Assembly (NCBI GenBank): GCA_003599795.1
Contig: QZJQ01000003.1
Span: 1-62,521, forward strand
Reading direction: 5' to 3'
DNA: 62,521 nucleotides
Origin: Nitrospiraceae bacterium
Lineage (GTDB): Bacteria > Nitrospirota > Thermodesulfovibrionia > Thermodesulfovibrionales > UBA1546
Part shown: one piece after another, positions 56,817 through 62,521 of the stretch
Layout of the letters: each line of letters begins with the position of its first letter
Numbering within the stretch: position 1 is the first letter of the stretch
Notes under the pieces: generated by a model
Databases searched by the model: none
What the model was told of the DNA's origin: nothing
Seen by the model: the letters and a program-made list of their open reading frames with translations, nothing else
Program-made: the position numbers and the translations under genes

Positions 56817-59459
56817 TCAATGCGCTTCTGCCCAATTTCTTCCATGCCCGATATCAACCCTCAGGGGGACCAATAGTTTTACAGCGCCTTCCATCTCTCT
56901 TTTAACCACATCCTTTACAAAATTAAGCTCAGATTCAGGGGCTTCAAATAAAAGCTCGTCATGCACCTGAAGGATCATCCTTGCCCTGAGATTTTCTTCC
57001 CTCAGCTTCTTTCTGATATTTATCATCGCTATTTTTATTATGTCTGCTGCGCTGCCCTGTATCGGCGAATTTACGGCAAGCCTTTCCCCTTGAGACCTGA
57101 TGTTTGAATTCTGGCTGAGCATCTCAGGTATCTGCCTGCGCCTGCCTGCCAATGTGGCTGTATATCCTTTCTGCCTTGCCTCAGCCATCGCTGCCTCTAT
57201 GTATTGCTTCACTCCCGGATGCCTCTCAAAATATCTTTCTATATACTTCTTTGCCTCATCCTGCGGTATGGACAGCGCCTCAGAAAGCCCGAATGCTGAC
57301 ATGCCGTAGATAACGCCAAAGTTCACTGTCTTTGCAGTGCGCCTCATTTCATCTGTAACTTTATCAACCACAACCCCGAATATCTCTGATGCTGTCTTTG
57401 CATGAACATCAATTCCCTTGCTGAATGCGTCAACCAATACTTCGTCTTTGCTCAGATGTGCAAGTATCCTGAGTTCCACCTGAGAATAATCGGCAGACAG
57501 AAGAATATTACCCTTGTCAGCTATAAAAGTTTCCCTTATTCTCTTGCCCCATTCCCCTTTTATCGGAATATTCTGCATATTCGGATCGCTGCTGCTTAAT
57601 CTACCTGTTGCTGTGGCAGTTTGATTGAACGAGGTATGCACACGGCCTGTTTTGGAATTTATGAGCACAGGAAGCGCATCCACATAAGTCGCTTTAAGCT
57701 TGCTAAGGCTTCTCCAGTTAAGTATCTCGCGCGGAAGCTCATGCGACATCGCAAGCTCTTCAAGCACGCTGACGTCTGTTGAAAAGCCTGTCTTTGTTTT
57801 TTTGCCGGGTTTAAGCCCGAGGTTGTGGAACAGAACTTTTGCAAGCTGTTTCGGCGAGTTTATGTTAAATTCCTCTCCTGAAAGGAAATAAACCCTTCTC
57901 TGAATAGAGTCCAGCTCTTTGGCGAGTTCTTTTGAAATATCATTCAGCTTATCCGCATCTATCTTAACCCCTGCCTCTTCCATGTCTGAAAGCACAGGAA
58001 TCAGGGGAGCCTCTATATCAAAATATACGCCTTCAAGGCCGGCCTCATTCAGCTTTTCAAACAAAATATCCTTAAGCTCAAACGCGAGGAGCGCGTCTTC
58101 AGCCGAATACCTTGTCGCTTCCTCAACAAATACATCCGCAAATGAGTTCTTTTTATTCAGAACCTCTGCAAATGTCCTTTTCCTTCGTGAGAGATATTCA
58201 AAGCCGACATCTTCAAGGCTGTGATTGGGTTTATTCGGATTTATAAGATATGACGCAAGCATTGTGTCGTAAAGCCTGCCATTCACGGCAATGCCTTCCT
58301 GTTTGAGCATCATGCTGTCATATTTAAGATTATGCCCTATCTTCGCTATGTCCGGATTTTTTAAAACCGGCGCAAGTATATCAAGGGCTTCTTTCATGCT
58401 TATCTGTTTCGGCGCGCCGAGATAGGAATGCCGGAAAGGAATGTAATACCCTGTTTCTTTTTCAGCGCTGACAGAAAACCCTACCATGCTGTCAGCCATC
58501 GGATTTTTGCCTGTTGCCTCAACATCAAACGCAAACTCACCTTTAATAGATGACACTATTTCCTTAAGCTTATCAACAGAAAGCACTGTCTCGTAATTCT
58601 TCTCTGCTGAAGCTATTGAAGGCACCATTTTCTTCAGGCCGGTGAATTCAAATTCGCTGAACAAAGACAAAAGCTTCTGCCAGTCAGGCTCTTTCAGCCT
58701 GAATTTCTTTAAATCAAACTCAATCGGCACATCTATGTCTATTGTCGCAAGCTTTTTGCTCAGCCTTGCAATATCGGCATTTTCCGAAACAAGGCTCCTC
58801 AGCCTTTCTTTTTTTATCATCTCAGGGTGAGAAAGCAGTTCATCAAGCCCCTTAAATGCTGTCAGCAGTTCTTTTGCAGTCTTTTCTCCAATGCCCTTAA
58901 TGCCCGGGATGTTGTCAGCGGCATCTCCTGTTAATGCCATAAATTCAGGGACTCTCTCCGGGTCAAGCCCGAATTTTTCTTTTACATATCCAGCGTCAAG
59001 TATGCGGTCTTTAACAGGGTCGTAAATCTTTATATTTTCATCAACAAGCTGAAGCATGTCTTTGTCGGCAGTGACAATAAAAACCGCTGACCGTTTTTTG
59101 CCTGCTTCTTTTGCAATTGTGCCGATTAGGTCATCAGCCTCATATCCCGGCATCTCAAAAATACTGATATTAAAAGCCTTTATCATTTCTCTTATGCTCG
59201 GCAGCTGCTGAACAAGTTCATTGGGCGTTTCAGGACGGTGAGCCTTATATTCCTTAAAAATCCTGTGCCGCTCAGTCAGCTCAGGCGTATCAAAAAAAAC
59301 AGCAACGCCGTCAGGCTTTTTCTCTCTTATGATCTTAAGCAGAGTGGTGGTAAACCCGTAGATTGCGTTTGTCGGAAAGCCCTTGGAATTTGTCAGTCCC
59401 TTAATCGCATAAAATGCGCGGTAGACATACGAATTGCCGTCAATGAGATAAAGATTCAT
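56817..59459 (-). CDS. polA: DNA polymerase I
   Basis: 5'-nuclease, 3'-5' exo-like and polymerase domains (motif A DYSQVELR, motif B RRTAKTVNFGVIYG, motif C QVHDE). Start taken at MNLYLIDG; the track ORF extends to 59474. Confidence 0.97.
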   Translation of the reverse strand: MNLYLIDGNSYVYRAFYAIKGLTNSKGFPTNAIYGFTTTLLKIIREKKPDGVAVFFDTPELTERHRIFKEYKAHRPETPNELVQQLPSIREMIKAFNISIFEMPGYEADDLIGTIAKEAGKKRSAVFIVTADKDMLQLVDENIKIYDPVKDRILDAGYVKEKFGLDPERVPEFMALTGDAADNIPGIKGIGEKTAKELLTAFKGLDELLSHPEMIKKERLRSLVSENADIARLSKKLATIDIDVPIEFDLKKFRLKEPDWQKLLSLFSEFEFTGLKKMVPSIASAEKNYETVLSVDKLKEIVSSIKGEFAFDVEATGKNPMADSMVGFSVSAEKETGYYIPFRHSYLGAPKQISMKEALDILAPVLKNPDIAKIGHNLKYDSMMLKQEGIAVNGRLYDTMLASYLINPNKPNHSLEDVGFEYLSRRKRTFAEVLNKKNSFADVFVEEATRYSAEDALLAFELKDILFEKLNEAGLEGVYFDIEAPLIPVLSDMEEAGVKIDADKLNDISKELAKELDSIQRRVYFLSGEEFNINSPKQLAKVLFHNLGLKPGKKTKTGFSTDVSVLEELAMSHELPREILNWRSLSKLKATYVDALPVLINSKTGRVHTSFNQTATATGRLSSSDPNMQNIPIKGEWGKRIRETFIADKGNILLSADYSQVELRILAHLSKDEVLVDAFSKGIDVHAKTASEIFGVVVDKVTDEMRRTAKTVNFGVIYGMSAFGLSEALSIPQDEAKKYIERYFERHPGVKQYIEAAMAEARQKGYTATLAGRRRQIPEMLSQNSNIRSQGERLAVNSPIQGSAADIIKIAMINIRKKLREENLRARMILQVHDELLFEAPESELNFVKDVVKREMEGAVKLLVPLRVDIGHGRNWAEAH

Positions 59460-59592
59460 GAAGGAATTATACATGTATGGTTAGAAGCATGTAAATCACG
59501 AGCGGAACGGGAATTAGCAGGCGAGAACTCTATTTGCCCCACATCTTGATTTTTACTACATCTTGTTCTAAGATGTATAAGGAGGTGATGTC

Positions 59593-59811
59593 ATGCATAG
59601 AACCCAGATTCTTTTTGAAGAGAAACAATATAATTATTTGAAGGATATTTCAAATCATCAGAAAAAAAGCATCTCACAGGTATTAAGGGAAATCCTTGAC
59701 AGTTATGCAGCAAAGACCGGCGCTTTCTCCGTCTCTGAGATTGAGGGCGTTGCCGAAGACCGCGAGGCCTATGGCAGAGACCATGACAAGTGGCTCTACG
59801 GGAAGAAATGA
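59593..59811 (+). CDS. vapB: ribbon-helix-helix (CopG/VapB-like) antitoxin
   Basis: 72-aa; MHRTQILFEEKQYNYLKDIS...SISQVLREILD; ATGA overlap with the toxin start. Confidence 0.75.
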   Translation: MHRTQILFEEKQYNYLKDISNHQKKSISQVLREILDSYAAKTGAFSVSEIEGVAEDREAYGRDHDKWLYGKK

Positions 59812-60203
59812 CAGAAAAAATATTTTTTGATACAAGCGCAATCTATGCATACATCAACCGCAAAGACCCGGACCACAGGAAAATAAAAAATATCGTTGCC
59901 GCATTCAAGGGCACGCTTGTTATTACAAATTACATCTTTGATGAAATCATCACTCTCGTATCAGCACGCCTTGGTCATGAAACAGCCCTCTTTGTTGGAA
60001 GCATTCTGCGCAACTCACCTCAGATTGAAACCATCTGGGTGACACAGAATGATGAAATTGAGACATGGAAGCTTTTTGTTGAGCGAAAAGACAAGGAGTA
60101 CAGTTTTACAGACTGCACGAGCTTTGTCATAATGCGAAGAATTGGGATTAAAAAGAGTCTCGCGCTTGACGGGCACTTTAAGCAGGAGGGATTTGAGGAG
60201 TAA
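59808..60203 (+). CDS. vapC: PIN-domain (VapC-type) toxin
   Basis: IFFDTSAIYAYINRKDPDH (first acidic residue), ...FTDCTSFVIM (later acidic residue); about 131 aa. Confidence 0.8.
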   Translation: MTEKIFFDTSAIYAYINRKDPDHRKIKNIVAAFKGTLVITNYIFDEIITLVSARLGHETALFVGSILRNSPQIETIWVTQNDEIETWKLFVERKDKEYSFTDCTSFVIMRRIGIKKSLALDGHFKQEGFEE

Positions 60204-60278
60204 GGGCATTGTTTCTATTGACTAATTAATAAATCGCCTTCTATAATCACAACAAATGCCGCAGCAGTAGAAAACATA

Positions 60279-60560
60279 ATGTTATACGATAGGAAAATGA
60301 AGAATCTACAAAATTTTATCGAATGTCTCAGAAAGTACGAATCTGGGGAAATTAGTCTTGAGAAAATTAAAGCTGCTTTTGAGGGCTTAGACAGGTTTCA
60401 TGATTTCTGGCATTACATTTCTGATTCTGACATCCGAGAAAAAAATGCTGAGTATGCGGAAATGCAAAATAATGAATTAAAGAGATTTATCTCAGCTCTT
60501 GAGAACAAGGACTATGATCTTGCGCAACGTATCACATTTCTTGGCAATAGTGGCGTATAA
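60279..60560 (+). CDS. hypothetical small protein in a cassette-like unit
   Basis: 93-aa ORF (alternative start at Met 60297); no recognisable motif; bounded by GTTATACG / CGTATAAC. Confidence 0.45.
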   Translation: MLYDRKMKNLQNFIECLRKYESGEISLEKIKAAFEGLDRFHDFWHYISDSDIREKNAEYAEMQNNELKRFISALENKDYDLAQRITFLGNSGV

Positions 60561-60598
60561 CAAGTCATTCAAGTACGCCCCTTCGGGGCCGGATGCGC
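60554..60598 (+). mobile_element. attC-like left half with GC hairpin (degenerate attC or terminator)
   Basis: CGTATAAC-AAGTCATTCAAG-TAC-GCCCC-TTCG-GGGC-CGGATGCGC. The TAACAA.TC.TTCAAG pattern resembles the left half of classical 59-base elements as I recall them. No GTTRRRY box follows. Confidence 0.4.
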
Positions 60599-60865
60599 TA
60601 TCTTTCATGATTTTTGCTTTCGGAATTAAAGCCCACAACTTCCATGTCTTCCTCAACACCCTCTCCTAAAGCAACCCGTAGTAACCTTCTGCCATCAAAC
60701 ACTTAAGATCCCTTATTGCAAAATAATACAGAGTTAGCTCTTCACAAGCTCCTCAAAGATTTTCAGAAAGCCTTTTTCATCTGAGCAAAGCCATCCCTCA
60801 AATTGACTAAGTTTCCATATTATTTTATATTAAATGAATCACGTGATTTGCCTAAGGAGGATATT

Positions 60866-62116
60866 TTGCTTAAAGCAGTAGAGGACATCAGCTCAACAAA
60901 AAAGCGTCTGAAGATAGAGATACCTACAGATGCCATTGAAAAAAAGATTAAAGGCTCGCTTGAAAAGGCGCGGCAGAAGGCAAAGATTCCCGGCTTCAGG
61001 CCCGGAAAAACGCCCCTGAATATTATTGAGAAGCATTACGGAAAGAGCGCAGAGGCGGAGGCGTTGGAAGAAATAATCCCTGAGTTCTACGGCATGGCAT
61101 TAAAAGAAGCTGCTATCGTGCCTGTTACAAGGCCTGAGCTTGAGGGAGGAGTAAACTTTGAGCGCAACAATCCGCTTTCGCTTTCTTTCACCCTTGAGAT
61201 ACGGCCGAAGATTGAAAACCTGAAATACGAAGGCATCAAAACAAAAGCTCTTCCCGTGACTGTCTCTGAGGAAGAGGTTGAGAACTCCTTAAAAAGGCTT
61301 CAGGAAGGCAAGGCCACCTATGAGCTTGCAGACAAAGCAATAGAGGCCGGAGATTTATTGACCATTGACTATGAGATGAAATACGACGACCAGACAACCA
61401 CTGCAAAAGATCAGGTTTTTATGGTGGGCTTCACAGGACTGCCAAAAGAAATCTCAGACAGCCTCATCGGCAAAAAGGCAGGCGACGTTGCTGAGGTTGA
61501 GGCGCAATTCCCTCAGGATTTCCACGCAAAGGCCATTGCAGGGAAAAAGGTGCTGATAAAAAATATTGTTAAGGCTGTAAAGAAAAAAATCCTTCCTGCC
61601 ATAGACGACGAGCTTGCAAAAGACCTCGGGTTTGAAAACCTTGCTGCTCTTAAGACAGGCGCTAAGGAAGAGATTGAAAAGGCAAAAAAAGCGCAGATAC
61701 AAAAAATACAGAAGGATGAAATACTTGAATCTCTCGCGGGTTCACATAATTTTGACATTCCTGAATCAATGCTTGAAAGGGAGCTGACAGCAATGGTTCA
61801 TGAGGCAAAGACATTAAAGAAATCCGACAAGGATGAAGCTGCGCTCCGTGACGAATTAAAGCCTGATGCAATAAAAAACGTAAGGGCGATGATTCTTCTC
61901 TCAGTTATCGGAGAAAAAGAAGGAGTAACAGTAACAGACGACGAGCTTAAAGAAAAAATCCTTGAACTTTCACAGCAGCTTTCCATGACGCCGGAATCTC
62001 TTATAAAGATATATGCGCAGAGAGACGGCTCGCTGGAAGGGCTCAGAAATAACATACACGAACAAAAAGTCTTAGACCTCCTGCTTTCCAAGGCAGTTGT
62101 AGAGAAAGGAGAATAA
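60866..62116 (+). CDS. tig: trigger factor
   Basis: TTG start 5 nt after AAGGAGG; N-terminal ribosome-binding GFRPGK motif, PPIase and C-terminal domains; followed by clpP. Confidence 0.93.
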   Translation: MLKAVEDISSTKKRLKIEIPTDAIEKKIKGSLEKARQKAKIPGFRPGKTPLNIIEKHYGKSAEAEALEEIIPEFYGMALKEAAIVPVTRPELEGGVNFERNNPLSLSFTLEIRPKIENLKYEGIKTKALPVTVSEEEVENSLKRLQEGKATYELADKAIEAGDLLTIDYEMKYDDQTTTAKDQVFMVGFTGLPKEISDSLIGKKAGDVAEVEAQFPQDFHAKAIAGKKVLIKNIVKAVKKKILPAIDDELAKDLGFENLAALKTGAKEEIEKAKKAQIQKIQKDEILESLAGSHNFDIPESMLERELTAMVHEAKTLKKSDKDEAALRDELKPDAIKNVRAMILLSVIGEKEGVTVTDDELKEKILELSQQLSMTPESLIKIYAQRDGSLEGLRNNIHEQKVLDLLLSKAVVEKGE

Positions 62117-62117
62117 T

Positions 62118-62521
62118 GTGAGCATAATCCCATTTGTAATTGAGCAGACAGGAAGAACAGAGCGGGCTTACGACATATATTCCAGGCTTCTTAAGGACAG
62201 GATAATTTTCCTGGGAACGGCGATTGATGACAGCGTTGCAAATGCAGTAATAGCCCAGCTTCTATTCCTTCAGTCTGATGACCCTGACAAGGATATTCAC
62301 GTCTATGTTAATTCTCCGGGCGGCATTGTATCCTCAGGCCTTGCAATCTACGATACAATGCAGTATGTAAAACCCGATATTGCGACTTACTGCATCGGAC
62401 AGGCGGCAAGCATGGGCGCCCTTCTGCTTACGGCAGGCGCCAAAGGCAAGAGGTTTGCGCTTCCTCATTCAAGGATCATGCTTCATCAGCCCATGGGAGG
62501 ATTTCACGGGCAGGCTACAGA
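62118..62521 (+). CDS. clpP: ATP-dependent Clp protease proteolytic subunit (5' part; runs off the window)
   Basis: GTG start; translation [33 protein letters not shown]...INSPGG...GQAASMGA...HQP; not in the ORF track because the frame is open-ended. Confidence 0.93.
   Translation, partial: MSIIPFVIEQTGRTERAYDIYSRLLKDRIIFLGTAIDDSVANAVIAQLLFLQSDDPDKDIHVYVNSPGGIVSSGLAIYDTMQYVKPDIATYCIGQAASMGALLLTAGAKGKRFALPHSRIMLHQPMGGFHGQAT

Noticed and set aside
59480-59570. GTTAGAA ... TTCTAAG boxes upstream of vapB as another attC site.
   Set aside because: The boxes are in the wrong order for a single attC. Both deviate from consensus and the inner inverted repeats are weak.

Overview
This window looks like the chromosome of a low-GC, Gram-negative, probably anaerobic bacterium, and I cannot assign the lineage from sequence alone. 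Most of it is core housekeeping: guaA-ispA-dxs, tlyA, the full tol-pal cluster (tolQRAB-pal-cpoB), moaA, pgk-gap, leuBD, an opp-type ABC importer, a gspE/pilB-type ATPase, uvrA, polA and tig-clpP. Four things stand out.

1. **Sulfur/selenium-trafficking island (about 7.8-18.6 kb).** Three adjacent genes (selD, a TauE/SafE-like permease and a DsrE/TusD-like protein) each carry one in-frame TGA at a meaningful position, followed by a hairpin. I read these as likely selenocysteine recoding. They sit with DsrF/H, SQR, two further DsrE-family proteins, two ArsR regulators, a rhodanese, YeeE/YedE and DUF2892.
2. **Heptamer/octamer tandem-repeat hairpin elements.** They resemble cyanobacterial STRR repeats and occur in intergenic DNA. 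They also occur in frame inside conserved genes: four times in uvrA, and in dxs, guaA, an RND pump and an Aas-like fusion. In TolB and an outer-membrane protein they encode the signal-peptide region.
3. **Integron attC-like sites and cassette-like boundaries with no integrase in the window.** They are associated with small accessory genes, including toxin-antitoxin (TA) modules.
4. **An unusually high density of intact and decayed type II TA modules among housekeeping genes.**

No rRNA genes and no CRISPR array were seen. One tRNA-Val is present.
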